Translations under genes and position numbers: made by a program
Assembly (NCBI GenBank): GCA_003693705.1
Contig: RBZT01000667.1
Span: forward strand, 1-64,000
Reading direction: 5' to 3'
Source: Polymyxa betae A26-41
Lineage: Eukaryota; Protista; Endomyxa: Phytomyxea
DNA: 64,000 nt
In this document: positions 1 to 11,909 of the stretch, in pieces
Layout of the letters: each line of letters starts with the position of its first letter
How positions within the stretch are numbered: the first letter of the stretch is position 1
The notes under the pieces: generated by a model
What the model saw: only the letters and a program-made list of their open reading frames with translations
What the model was told of the DNA's origin: nothing
Database searches by the model: none

Positions 1-820
1 ATTGGTATGCCGCCGTCTGGCGGAGCCTAGCCGTCTGTTTACTGTCGCAAACGAGTTCGGTAGGTCTCCCTGGGCATGTTCAAGAGTCATCGATGCTACC
101 GTCAACATTTTATACGAAACGCATCGCGATCTCCTATTCTTCAATGAGTATTTAGCGACGCAAAGGATTGATGAGTACTGCAATGCCATTTTCAGGCAGG
201 GCGCTCCACTCCGCAGTTGCTGGGCTTTCATAGACGGTACCAAGCAGAATATCGCACGGCCTTCAGCGAGACGATATTCAGGACCTTATGAAAATCTCCA
301 GCGATCAGTTTTCAGTGGGCACACTCGCCGACACTGTTTAAACTGGCAGGGTATCACCACCCCCGATGGCATCATCATCAGTATGTTCGGTCCCATCGAG
401 GGCAGACGGCATGATTCGACGCTGTTAGCGAAGAGTAGCATTGTCCCGAAGTTACGGAGTCATCCTTCCGCAATTTTCGACGGCAAGCTAATCTATGGAG
501 ATCCTGCCTATAGCTGTTCGGACTACATATGCTGTCCATTTACGATGGCTGAGCCTGGATCACCCGAGGCATCATTTAACTCTGCCATGAGCTCAGTTCG
601 TGAGAGCGTTGAGTGGAGTTTTGGACGTTTGAAAAATTTATGGTCGTTCTTGCAATTTGACAAGCGTCAGAAAGTGCGCCAAATTCCAGTTGCTAAGATG
701 TGGCTGGTGGCGACATTATTGACAAACTGTCATTGCTGCCTACAGCCACAGGGCAATCAGATTAGCATGTATTTCCAAACCCCTCCACCAAGTTTGAGCC
801 AATACCTTAATCTTGAGTAG
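1..820 (+). mobile_element. PIF/Harbinger DDE transposase (DDE_Tnp_4/HARBI1-like), 5' end outside window
   Basis: Open frame to the stop at 820 with WAFIDGT, NWQGITTPDG...GPIEGRRHDS, IYGDPAY and FNSAMSSVRESVEWSFGRLK; the D-D-E triad is intact. Confidence 0.93.
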
Positions 821-896
821 TAATTTACAAAAATTTATTAAACCAATCTGATGGTTTGTGGTTGGTTAGCAGATTTCTCTGACTATTATTAATTAT

Positions 897-1250
897 TTAT
901 AAGTCACGTCCCAATAAACGTTCCAGTAACAACTGGAACTGAGAATCGCGACGTTGCGATTCCTCATCACGTCAAGCTGCCTGCTTTTCTTCAAACGCTA
1001 GCCGGCGTTCCATCAAAGCCATCTTATTCTTTTCGGATTCTGACTTCTGGCTGATGCCGTCCTTAATTGCTGACAGCAAACCATCCAGCTTGTCTTTGCT
1101 GGTGAGTTTGCGTTTTCGTCTTGATTTGGTTGATACTAGTGTCTTTTTGCCAGCAGCACGCATGTTTTTTTTATTGATCAACGACTGCGCATTTTCTTCA
1201 TCAGAATCTGAGTTACTGTTATTAGACGATTCTGTCGCATTGTCCTGTTT
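897..1250 (-). pseudogene. C-terminal remnant of the convergent second ORF of the Harbinger element
   Basis: Frame reads ...SKDKLDGLLSAIKDGISQK...RRLAFEEKQAA*RDEESQRRDSQFQLLLERLLGRDL*. It has an internal TGA at 972-974, sits tail-to-tail with the transposase, and is cut off near 1250 by a second element. Confidence 0.65.
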
Positions 1251-1267
1251 GGAATTCCAAAATCTCG

Positions 1268-1320
1268 TTTTATAAATCCAGATTTTGCAGATTTTGCGTG
1301 CAAAATCTGGATTTATAAAA
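1268..1320. repeat. Perfect 22-bp inverted repeat with 9-nt spacer
   Basis: TTTTATAAATCCAGATTTTGCA (1268-1289) and TGCAAAATCTGGATTTATAAAA (1299-1320). Confidence 0.95.
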
Positions 1321-1383
1321 TCCTATTCGGACCTGGATTTTGCATGGTAAATCCGGATTCGCGTGTTAATCTTTCTCAGCTCG

Positions 1384-1575
1384 ATGAAGAAATCGGCAAC
1401 TAGCAAGGCGCCACGAGGGGTGTGGGACCTGGACAAGGACGCAAACCTTGTGTCCTTGCTTCAGATGCAGGTCGGCGAAGGCAAGTGTGCCGACTCTGGG
1501 TTTTGAAAAGGAGGCCTGAACCGCTGTGACCCTGCATTTCAACAATAACTTTGTATTAGACTACGATCGTGATTC
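1384..1575 (+). pseudogene. Myb/SANT-like DNA-binding domain fragment (Harbinger ORF type)
   Basis: MKKSATSKAPRGVWDLDKDANLVSLLQMQVGEGKCADSGF/KKEA*TAVTLHFNNNF, with a frameshift near 1505 and TGA (1517-1519) at the conserved Trp of GFKKEAW. Confidence 0.7.
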
Positions 1576-1726
1576 CAAGATTCTTCATACTCAGACGAGC
1601 TCATGTTCGCTTGGTGCCCGCAAATACTCAAAATCCAGATTTTGCGAAAACCGGTTTCCTCTGGAGAGAAATCCAGTTTCCGCAAAATCCGATTCTGAAA
1701 TTGAGTGGTATCCAAACGCGCTCTAA

Positions 1727-2075
1727 AGGTTTTGCGGTCTTCTGGGCTGTAGAGGATTGTTTCTTGTATCGACTGCATCTTCTTTAATGGTTTGCGAATA
1801 AGTGCTAGGTGCAGCTTTCGATCAGCGATCGGAGCACTCGCGCTCGTTAAAGCAGAGCGGATTTGTCGGACGTTGTTCAGAAATTCGCGAACGTCATCGT
1901 TGTCGCCGAGCCGTAGTTGTTCGAGCTGTGCCTCACCAGCATGGCATCGGCTGCAGCCTTGTTTTCGAAATGACTTTGGAGCATGAGCCACGTTGATGGT
2001 AGATCCATGCAATAGAAGGTCAACTCTTTGTAGGCCTCGGGAGGGATAGTTGAAGTGAACGATAGGTGTGATCAT
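1727..2075 (-). mobile_element. Degenerate Ty1/Copia gag (UBN2/Retrotran_gag_2-like) fragment
   Basis: LEQLRLGDNDDVREFLNNVRQIRSALTSASAPIADRKLHLALIRK..KKMQSIQETILYS fits the Copia gag helical pattern. No pol or LTR is visible. Confidence 0.55.
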
Positions 2076-2180
2076 GACATCGATCGCAATCGGCTGTCTC
2101 TTTGGAAGCGGATACCGGCTTTCAATCAGCGGTTTTATAATTCATGAGTTGGTCGCAGCATGTAAATACGGGCGATCCCG

Positions 2181-3413
2181 TCATGCTGTATCATGGGCGT
2201 TCGAGCGGGCAAAGTTCATAGCTGAACGGATCGTATTATCCATGAGCATAACAACGGTCATTGGACCAACGCCGCCAGGGACTGGACTGATAGCAGACAC
2301 ATATGGTAGCACACTCTCGAAGTCGACATCTCCTACGAGTCGATATCCAGATTCTCTTGAATCATCTAAACCGAGAAAAGTGACCTTCGGAACTCAAACG
2401 GAAGATGGCTATTTCAACCTGGAATGGAGTTGATACCGACGTCGATGACGACGGCGCTTTTTTTGAGCCAAGACCCTTTCACGAACTTCGGTACACCGAT
2501 GGCTACAATGACGACGTCGCCGGTTCTGACAGCATCCGCCAGATTTGACGTCTTTGAATGACAAACAGTAACCGTGGCATCATATGAAATTAAAAGGTTC
2601 GCCAACGGCATGCCGACCGTATTGCTTCTGCCAATAACGACGACCGTCTTCCCACATAGATTGACGCCTGATTGCATCAGATGATTTATATGTGCCGATA
2701 CAAAGACCAACCAATATGTGATAGAAGCTCGATGCATGCTTTCGGTGTGCATGGGATGAATAACGGGTTGGAACCTCGCGTGATCAGGCGCCCTCTGTTT
2801 AATGGATGAAAGCTAAACATTCTGAATCAGGTGGATCGCAGGAATGTCAAAAGGCATTACCCGTCGACATCTTTGGCAGGATCGACTAATTCAATAATGG
2901 AGGGCTCGAATCCCGCTGGTAGAGGAAGCTGGATTATAATCCCATGGACCTCGCGATCTTCATTGAGTTTCGTTATTAAAGCACGCAGCTGACATTCGGT
3001 CATGACGTTGTACAATAGAATGAAAGGTGTATTTACTTCCGCTTGGCTGATTGAAGATTCCAATCGATGCAGAGTGAATCGAATTCCGATCTAAACAAGG
3101 CGAAACGTCATTCCAGGTTTCGACAATTTTGTGAAACCCATCACCTGAGCTGCAGCTTCCTTCTTCTTTTGTATATAAACATTCGAGGATTTGTCATTCC
3201 CGACTTGAATAGCCACCAAATGTGGACAAACCTCTGACCCCAAAGCCTCTCGTTGCTGCTTTAATCGAGCACATATACGCCTGGAATCGATTGGTCGCGA
3301 TCACTACGAGCGAATATGATCACTGACTCAGCGATCGACTTGCCATCGATAATGATTGGAGCCGCGTCCTTATCGGCAGACCCATTGCACCTATCATCGT
3401 CTCCAGCTGACAT
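2181..3413 (-). CDS. folD: Bifunctional methylenetetrahydrofolate dehydrogenase/cyclohydrolase (multi-exon)
   Basis: Exons read [19 protein letters not shown]...[27 protein letters not shown] and [15 protein letters not shown] at 3413, stop at 2181-2183. Confidence 0.95.
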
Positions 3414-3661
3414 TCCGCAATCGAACGGAAAAATGTTTCATCGCATCAGAGTCGTCTGTTATACACCGCTGAAGCTCGGTTTCCAGCTTTAACATCAATT
3501 ACGACAGACAAATGTCCAGAAAATCAAACTGCATTTGATAAACGATTTATTTGCAGATTTTTGAATATTCGTTTTCGACAGTGTTTGGGGATTAGAACTG
3601 CTTGATTCGATGAAGGGACATTTCCCGTATCAGCACTCTATCTCTCTCTCTCTGATGGACG

Positions 3662-5035
3662 ATGGGCTCGGCTGATGAACTCGTCAATGATGTCCTGGTT
3701 ACTGAATTCGATGCTGAACAGATCAGGACATCTGCTGATGTGGCAGTTTGGGTTCTGCATCGATGTCTGATCTATAACGACGATATCACATCTCTGGATC
3801 TTGGGATCAGATTGCCTTCAAATCCTGGGCGATCTTCATCCCAGTATTGCCTGAACAGTCTCGATCTGGATTTTGAGATCAGCTTTGTATGTTTAGGGCG
3901 ATTCCTACTTGCCCATACCCATATTATAGGCGATCGAAATGTTTACATTGAGCGAATCGATCTATATGGAATCACAGCCGATGCTGCTGGGCTTCAAGCA
4001 TTCATTCGTCGATATTCACCGAATCAGCTGGTTGAAGATGTTATTCTAAAGCCGGTTATTCAAAGAGCAGGTCGTGTTCGTCAGCTTTCTGTTCAAGAAG
4101 CAGCTCTAATCCATACGATCGATCAGATTGTCGCCACGATTTCAATTCAGGACCCCTATGAATTATTATGCATCGCTATTCATAGCATGCTTGTTAACGA
4201 AAATTTGCAGTTAGTCTGGATTGGCAATCCGTCAAACCTTTGCTCATCATTCGAGCTTCCTCAAAACTGGAATGAACGAAAACATTTCTACAAGTTCAGC
4301 TATCGTTGCCCAGGGCGTTCTTTGGAAACCGGCAGACATTCGGAAGGCGATATCGTCATGACCTGCCTTCCGTTCCATTCCGCAAGCAAGTTGATCGTCC
4401 GAGTCCAATCCAACATTCCCAGCAGCGATTTCTGCTCGTCAACCAACAACTCAACTGTGAAGCTGTCGGTGAAGAGATTCGTAGACAGCTCAATGAAATT
4501 GAAGAATTTGCCCGGTAGGAATGTCTGATGTTTTGATTGACTGGAATCTCTGTTTGCCATTATCGATAGTTTCGTTTTTTCGATCAGGTATATCTTGTGT
4601 CTTCTCCTTATGTTATTGCTACCGCCTTGTAATTGCGTTGCTGTTTCGTAATGATTTGGTTTCCTGATTCTGTTTGTTAGTATTAATATCCATGTTGTAC
4701 AACTCAATATCGAAGATTTTCTGGATGCCAATTGCTGATAACGACAGCCTTCATTTACCTCCATGGATTCTGCTGTTATGTCTTTCTTTCTTGACTCATC
4801 CAGAATTATCTCTGATGCGGTCTGTGAATCCGTACTTTCGCCACATTTGTTTGCATCCGTTTTTGTGGAAGGTAAAGGCCGATTTAGCCATCGAACTAAC
4901 TTTTATAAAATACTGAATGTTATGTAGTCGTTGTACATGAATCATTTTGGATGGGATAAGGCAAGTCGTCAAGCGGAACCGAGTGATTGGCGGCTCGCCT
5001 TCATAACGAAATGGAGAAAAGGAAGGCGTCTGTAG
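3662..5035 (+). CDS. F-box protein with PI31/FP-like domain(s), FBXO7-like
   Basis: FP-like DPYELLCIAIHSMLVNE...ELPQNWN..YKFSY; F-box LHLPPWILLLCLSFLTHPELSLMRSVNPYFRHICLHPFLWK; last exon SDWRLAFITKW...* ending at 5035. Confidence 0.75.
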
Positions 5036-5417
5036 GACCGATCAATTTCGTCTGCAACGTCTAATAAGTTCGTGCAAAGCTAGCTCGATGGACTGCTTGT
5101 ATATGAATCTATGTCATCAGTAAAGTAAAATAACTAATTTATGGAAATATCAATTTGGATGGGCTTCTGATCCACTCTTAATCAAATCATAATGGACCCA
5201 GAGATGTTTACCTACTGCTCTGAGTTTTTACAATAATGCGATCATCATAATTTTAACTCCATATTAGTAGTTTCGTCATCGCGAAGGACGTTGTCAATTC
5301 TAAGAAATCAGAATACCCGAGCGATGAGCTTCAAATTCGGTAGTGAATTCGGACTTTAGTGGTGAAGGGAAGCTACTTAGTTATAGCCATTCCTGTTCTT
5401 CTAGTGCATAAGCAATC

Positions 5418-5730
5418 ATGGCTGGTTCTGATGTTAAACAGAGCAACGAGTCGTTTCGTTGGAACTCATGGGGAGGCCTGGGCATGCTAACCATCGCCCT
5501 AATGGTCGCTGGTGGCGTCCTTGGGTCCCGATATCGCAGTCGGTTTTTCGCCCCGGGTGACGTTTCCAGGTTTCGACGAAGACGATATGATTCGTTGGTG
5601 TCTGATTTGTTTCAGGGGGGCGATGCCACAAGCTCGGGATCTGTTTGCACCGATCCAGTCGGCGAAATCGTCCTCAGGCGTTCGATCTAAATGGGGACGT
5701 GAATCCAAGCAATCTCCTCCTCAGGCTTGA
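5418..5730 (+). CDS. Small hypothetical single-pass membrane protein (probable intron about 5570-5614)
   Basis: Hydrophobic stretch GGLGMLTIALMVAGGVLG. A GT..AG intron of typical size joins the two overlapping ORFs in frame. Confidence 0.45.
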
Positions 5731-5966
5731 GTATCGCTTCATGATCAGTAATAATAACGAGAAGAGTTTCGGAATTATAAACGTTTAGCATTTAGCAGAT
5801 GTCGGTTAGACAAATGTTATAGTGCAAAGACAACTCACCTTTAGGGTTAGGGCTTTTGGGGTTTAGAAACATAAAAGCGAGCGTCACATAATATTTGCTT
5901 TGCCTTCATCATCCATTCATTAGAGAGGCTAACGACGCTTTCGAACGGTCTTGAGGCGTCCTGCTC

Positions 5967-7657
5967 ATGCCGGATGGCGCCTCTCAGAAATCGGATCAGA
6001 AAGTTGAGCTACGCAAGCAGGAGATGGTGGCTTTAATCGAGCGGCATTCGATCTATTGGTAGACGCGGCCGTTATATGGATATGAAATGTACTGAAACAC
6101 GATAGGCTCGCCCATCGTTCAATGAAAGAGATGGTTATGACGCGGCCGCTTAATGAAATCGAGCAGTCATTGGATTCGCTTTTATCGTCATGGCCTGTGG
6201 CGCCTCGTCTTCGCTCGCTTATTCATGTTCTTAATCGAAAGTATAACGATGAGAGAATATATAAGCCAGCTGGAAGTCGTGATGCTTACGACCCTCTAGA
6301 TTATGTTGAAGCTGCCCGAATCCAATGGGATAAGCGGATGAGAGACCAATTGAAAGCTGTAGCCGCCCACCAGAAAAGGCCTCTGGTTATGCCGCGAACA
6401 AAAGGTGACGATTCTCGAGATCAGGAGTCGGAAGTGCCTGCTCATCTTCTATTTTCTTGGGCCGACCTTCTCAATGAACTTGAGAAATTGGTGAATCCGA
6501 ATTCAGCCAGCACCATTTCCAACATGAAAGAATTGCATTCGATCAAGATTCTCCTCAAAACGCCGCCGATCTCATCGCTTAGACAAACCTATCAACAACT
6601 GAGCCCAAGTGTTCGCCAGTTCGGACTGGACGACGAGCTCTCAGGCTTGGAATGGTTCTGCAATCAGCGCGTTGCAGAAGGTGAAAGGCTACTGAGTAGC
6701 TTTGCTGCTCCTGTTCGGGATTTGATTAATTATTCGAAAACTGGAATACCGCCATCGTTAAGGCCACGCTTCTGGATGCGACTTCTAGGACTGTGGCCCT
6801 CGGAACGAGACCTGACGTACTATGAGAGGCTTATTAGTCAAGTTCGACTCTGGGATATGGTCACTGACGACTTGTATCGCTTAGAGGTCCAAGAGACTGC
6901 TGATAATGCTGCATACTTCGTTTTTGAAGATATGCTCGATGAGATTATGCTGGCCTTCAGTCGCGATGTTGGGATCCCTCGAAATAGCATAATTCCTGTT
7001 TCGGTTGCACCATTGATGGGCAATGCTTGTGGAGAGATTGCGAGCGGTTCTGATGAGAAATTCGTCTCACCGATGCAGAACGATCGTCCAGTCGATGGAT
7101 GTCTTGATAATTCGGGATTGAAATTTAATGAGGAAGGAATGACAGCTGTACCTCCTTGTCATGTTGTCCCATTTCGTCAACAAGTTATTCTTGCTGCTCC
7201 GTTATGTTATTTGTTCCAAAGACCAGAACAGACTTACTTTCTGTATCGCGAGCTGTATGCTAGATATTTCTGTCGTTTGCATATTATAAGTTCAAGAAAA
7301 GATACGATGCTTTTTCTAAGCAAAATGTTTGAAGATCTGGTGCAAAGCGAGTGTCCTCAAATGTTTTATCATGCCGTTGAGTTAGGCGTTCCTCCTATCA
7401 GGATCGCATTTCCATGGATTTTCACTGCTTTTGCAGGATATCTTTCAGTCGAACAAGTGTTGATTTTGTGGGATAGGGTCGTTGCGTACGATTCGTTGGA
7501 ACTTCTGGCAGTTCTGTCTGCTGCAATCTTCGTTTTTCGTTCGAAATCGGTATTAAATGCGATTTCTGGAGATGAGGTTCGGGACATTTTTGAAGATGGC
7601 TCGCATTTTAGGGTGCTGCCGTTATTGCAGCATTTCCTATTTGATTCAGCGAAATAG
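5967..7657 (+). CDS. TBC1D19: TBC1 domain family member 19-like Rab-GAP
   Basis: DPLDYVEAARIQWDKR, GIPPSLRPRFW, YFVFED, FPWIFTAFAGYL..EQVLILWDRV. A short first exon from ATG 5967 splices into the 511-aa ORF. Confidence 0.88.
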
Positions 7658-7772
7658 TACAAGCTTAAAGAGGAATTTTATCTATACAATCATTTAAAAT
7701 GGACAATTAATTTACCTGTCAGCTCCTTAAATCTGCAATCATCCGCCATCACACACTAATATTGAAACCCGC

Positions 7773-9034
7773 TATAAAGCATTGAATGTTCCAATCCCCA
7801 TCTCCATCATCTCCATTTTGATTATAGCTAATATACTTCAGGGCGACAGAATATCGTCAGCAGCGACGCCGTCCTCGGACCAGCCCGGAACGTTTCATCG
7901 TCTCCTTCGATGAGATTAACAGACTGGAACATCGCGTAGCTGGAAAAGTATATAAAAAATTACTCATATCGTCACTGTTTTGAAGTCAGGTTTTATATCA
8001 AAACCTTAACGGGCAGAATATTTGTTCCAATGCTGTTTTATTCTGTGGCCACAAATGGGGTGGCTGGGAGGATCTGGCGCTAAACTGACAGTATTGTTTG
8101 TTAAATTGCGGCCATAAGCATTTAATCACTGATATTGTTTATAAACAAACGATTTGCAAACTTTAGCATCACATAAGATATCAAAACCATGATCAAACAG
8201 TTTATCATTTGATAGCTGACAACCGCGATCTCGCCCCCCTTCAGCGCCACCGAAATGTCTTTTAAGCGAGATTTTCGGATTGTTTTCTGAATCCGTCGAT
8301 GATCACAAACTTCAGCAGTAATGGCCTTGATGAAATCCTGGGCATTATTTCTAGAGAAATGTAACAGCTCGGCGCCATAACGCTAGAAAAATAAATGGAT
8401 ATACAAAACATTGTGAATTTCGGCAAACCATTGCTAGCTGCTCGCCAAAAGCAGTTTGAGAGAGTTTGCCAACTTGAACGATAATCAGAGGCGTTGTTAA
8501 TAATAAGGTTTCGCCAACTTCGCGCTCTAAAAAACCTCTGATGACATCCCATGAAACAGCATCCAAGCCCAAATAAGCGACAATATAGCCATCGGCAGGT
8601 TCTTTCGTAATGCATGTCTACAAAAGTAAGTTCCTGACATTAGGTTCGGGATACCCTTACTTCTGCATCAACATCAACATATCGAAACTGAATCCGATAT
8701 CTAACGAATTGATGCTGAACTAGGAAGCCATCTATTCCATGAATAAGCTCAACACAAACGCACGGCAAGGACGAAATACCATAATCAGCAAGATACTCCT
8801 GAAACCGGGTACTCGCCTTCTGGAAGACAACCTGCAATGAGGTTAATGCTCGCTCAGTAGTACGATGGCGTCCCTACAAAGGAGATAGAATGCCCTTGCC
8901 TAGAATATGCTCCCATTAGCAGATGACTTTTGAGACAGTGAGATCATAGTCATGGGGTATTTCGGTGTCGTTGGGTCGCGCCTCTCATTAGAATTGCTCT
9001 CTCTCTTTCTCTCTCTCTCTGTCTTGCTCGTCAT
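7773..9034 (-). CDS. Hypothetical multi-exon protein
   Basis: Several protein-like minus-strand segments (8640-8837, 8351-8615, 7850-7940) separated by GT..AG gaps of about 50 nt. No recognised domain; ends uncertain. Confidence 0.4.
8997..9020. repeat. (CT)n microsatellite in a divergent intergenic region
   Basis: ctctctctctttctctctctctct; a shorter CT run also precedes the gene at 3662 (about 3637-3652). Confidence 0.85.
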
Positions 9035-9156
9035 GGTCGGCTAATTATATTTATCATTTAGAAACCATAATGCGTTAATAGGGACAACTCATTTTTGTTC
9101 TGTTTTTTATTGTAAATGTGAGGTAGAAGCACCGCTTCCTTATGCAAATCGCCTCC

Positions 9157-11760
9157 ATGCGAACATCAGTCTTTAGTCGTCTAAAGCCTCGTTCCACGGG
9201 TTCGAATTCGATCCATCGCGGCGCCCGGTGATAATCTTTTTTTAAAATGAAGCATTTTTCTATGTCTAGATTTTCCAAAAAAGGACTGTGATGAGGAGCC
9301 GCCAGCAAGTCTCCTATGATGGCAAGCATGCTTTGCACAAACTTTAATTTCCGTGCATTTGGCAAGAATTTGTCAGAAAATTGAGGAATTCTTACATAGA
9401 ACAGCTGCTGGGTTCCGAATGTTTGTAACAGCAGAGCATGCAACATTATATCATTGATAATGAACGGCCGTTGAGATCTTTGGAAAATTCAGACAGAACC
9501 CGGCGGCTTGTATGTCAAATTTCTAAGCTCGATTTTGTTTCATTATTCGTATACAGAGCGGATCTGCATCCACATCACGAATAACAAATTCTTCATCAAA
9601 TAGCCGAATCATTCCTGTGATATCTCGAACAGAATCAGAAAGGCGCGAACAGCCAGATCGATTGTCGCTTGGTGGGCGTGACCTATTGGTAAAACTTGCA
9701 TGAAATTATGAGGTTATGTTTACCTTTGCCAGGTCTGCCCTGTTTTGGAAAAGGAAGACCTTTTAAAAATACTCAGCTTTGAGAACAACTTCATTCGTTC
9801 CATAGAGCGCCTTTCATTGCAGAATCTGGTTTTTCTTGACTTCTACAACAATAATGTGCAGGTCGAAAATGTGCTGAATAGGGCTTGTTTCGATTTCATA
9901 AAATTATTCGTAGACCATAACGGGGCTGGATGCCGTTCCAAATCTAAGGGTCCTGCTGTTAGGAAAGAATAACGTTCGCACGATCCAGAATCTGTATAAT
10001 TTACCTCAATTGAACGTCCTTGATCTGCATTCAAACAGCATCAACAGAATCGGTCCAAACTTGTTCGCGCTTGTCGTATGACACTGAACGTCCCTGTAGA
10101 AAACATCCAGCAACTCAAAGCGCTGCGGGTTTTGAACCTTGAGCACAATCGCATCGAACGTGTATCGAGGATTTCTGGGCTGACTGCCCTCGTGGAACTG
10201 AATCTATCGCACAATCAGGTAATGGCTAAATCTGAATGGAAGCGGGAGTATTGATAACGATTGCAGATTTCGCATATCTCACCGTTAAAGAACCTACCCA
10301 GCCTGCAAAGGTTGTTCTTATCACATAATCGTATCGACAGTGTTTCGGCAGTTGAAGAACTCTGTTCTGTCAGTTCATTAATCGGTAATGAATGGCAATT
10401 TGCTGTCGCGAATACGCTGATCTCAGTATTCGATAGAACTTACTCTGAAATGGAACCCAATCACAGGCGATTTACATTTGATGGAGAACTTTATTAAGCC
10501 ACTTACCAATCTGTTAGTAAGCTAGTTTGTCGGCGTTCTTATATATGAAATGGATCTCTTAGTGCTGCGTTCGATCTCTGGAAAGAAGGGGGGCGCCCAT
10601 TTGGAGCACATTCCGATGTTTGGCCTGATGTGCAGTCTGACGACCATCCGAATGCAAAAAGCTCGGAATTGGATGGAAATGAGCGGAAAGACGTCGCGCC
10701 ACCAGAAGGCCTGACTTTCGGTTCACAGTTGGATTCGAAATTAGCTCCATGGTAAGAAGTTACATCAGCGAGTTCAGTAAATGAATTTTTGTGCTTAACA
10801 GGTCAACAACTTTGCAGAAAATCCAGCAGTGGTGGGACCGTATTCAAGGCCGTCTAGGTACAAAGAGATGCCGTTTTGCAAGCTATATCATTGATGACGA
10901 ATAGATTATTCGGATAGTCGAGATGTGCCTTCATACTATAAATTTGAGGATAACAAGTCCAAACTAATCATTTTCGGATTCGGATTTCAAGCTCTGGAGC
11001 TTGATCAGGCGGCCCATTCGGAATGTGTCAGTTTCAACTACGTTCCTTTCAATAGCATTGTTCCGTTCTTTAATAAGTTGATAACATGGCCACGTCTAAA
11101 ACGCCTCGAGTTCTCCAACAATGCCATATCTTCGTTCCGACAGTTCGATTCGCTTTCGGTAAGCTATACCATAGAATACATGCTATTTCTGATGATGTTC
11201 TCAGATTTTTATGCGAGTCGTTGAGCTTTCGATTACCTCGAATCCGATCCTTAGCATCGATCTGCATAAGCAATACTTACTGTTCAGCATGAAAAATTTG
11301 AAGAAATATAACGAGGATATTGTCACAGATGACGACGTTGCCACGGCATATATGCGATTCAGCAAACGCTGGCCAAAGTGCAGTCGGAACGCGTTACGAA
11401 CAAAGAAGTTTGTCTCGACATCCGCGCTGGTAAATCACACCGAAACCCGCCCAGCTCAAGCGTTCGACTCAGTCCTCACATTCGTATCGACAAATCTTTC
11501 GACCAGGAAATATCACGTTATCAATGGTACAATTTCATCGCATTCTATTATACTATGTCTTAACTCATATCTTCAGCGTGCCGAGCTATGTGTAAACAGG
11601 CCTGTTCGGACGTGACCACGAAATTCCGCGTCTTCTACCAAGTTTGGCCAGATTGTCTTGCCAATTTCGTTCAGTCCTGCTTATCAGGTACGCAAACCAC
11701 CTTAATCGTTTACTTTTCCGGATTGTTACATTTTTCCATGGATTGTGCAGTTACTTTGTA
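9157..11760 (+). CDS. LRRC49: Leucine-rich repeat protein 49-like (tubulin polyglutamylase complex subunit), multi-exon
   Basis: RTESERREQPDRLSLGGRDLL|VCPVLEKEDLLKILSFENNFIRSIE...LVFLDFYNN followed by SDS22-type LRRs, matching the LRRC49 N-terminal signature. Start and end approximate. Confidence 0.8.
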
Positions 11761-11909
11761 ACGTCTCTAAGTACTAATTTGTATGAAGATCACTGATTAT
11801 CCTGACTCGGGTCACTACATTATCGTACCGCGGCCTTGACCGTCTCATTTCCGTCGAAGCCATCCTGCGGCGTTATCACTCAAGCTGTATCAACCCATAG
11901 CCGAACTCC

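Larger units (their letters stand above)
1245..1723. mobile_element. Non-autonomous PIF/Harbinger (Tourist-like) deletion derivative
   Basis: Right end CCAAACGCGCTC (reverse complement GAGCGCGTTTGG, PIF-type TIR) is followed by TAA at 1724-1726. The left end keeps GTTTGGA. The subterminal motif AAATCCAGATTTTGC recurs near both ends, and a Myb/SANT fragment lies inside. Confidence 0.6.

Noticed and set aside
1250-1700. AAATCCAGATTTTGC repeats as a CRISPR-like array
   Set aside because: Irregular spacing, mixed orientation, eukaryotic context and no cas genes; they fit transposon subterminal repeats.
1539-2075. 178-aa ORF as a real gene
   Set aside because: It is a chimera of a Copia gag fragment reading through into the Harbinger-derived element end.
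4514-4680. Unusually long intron as a snoRNA host
   Set aside because: No convincing C/D or H/ACA box arrangement; it may simply contain a small unrecognised exon.
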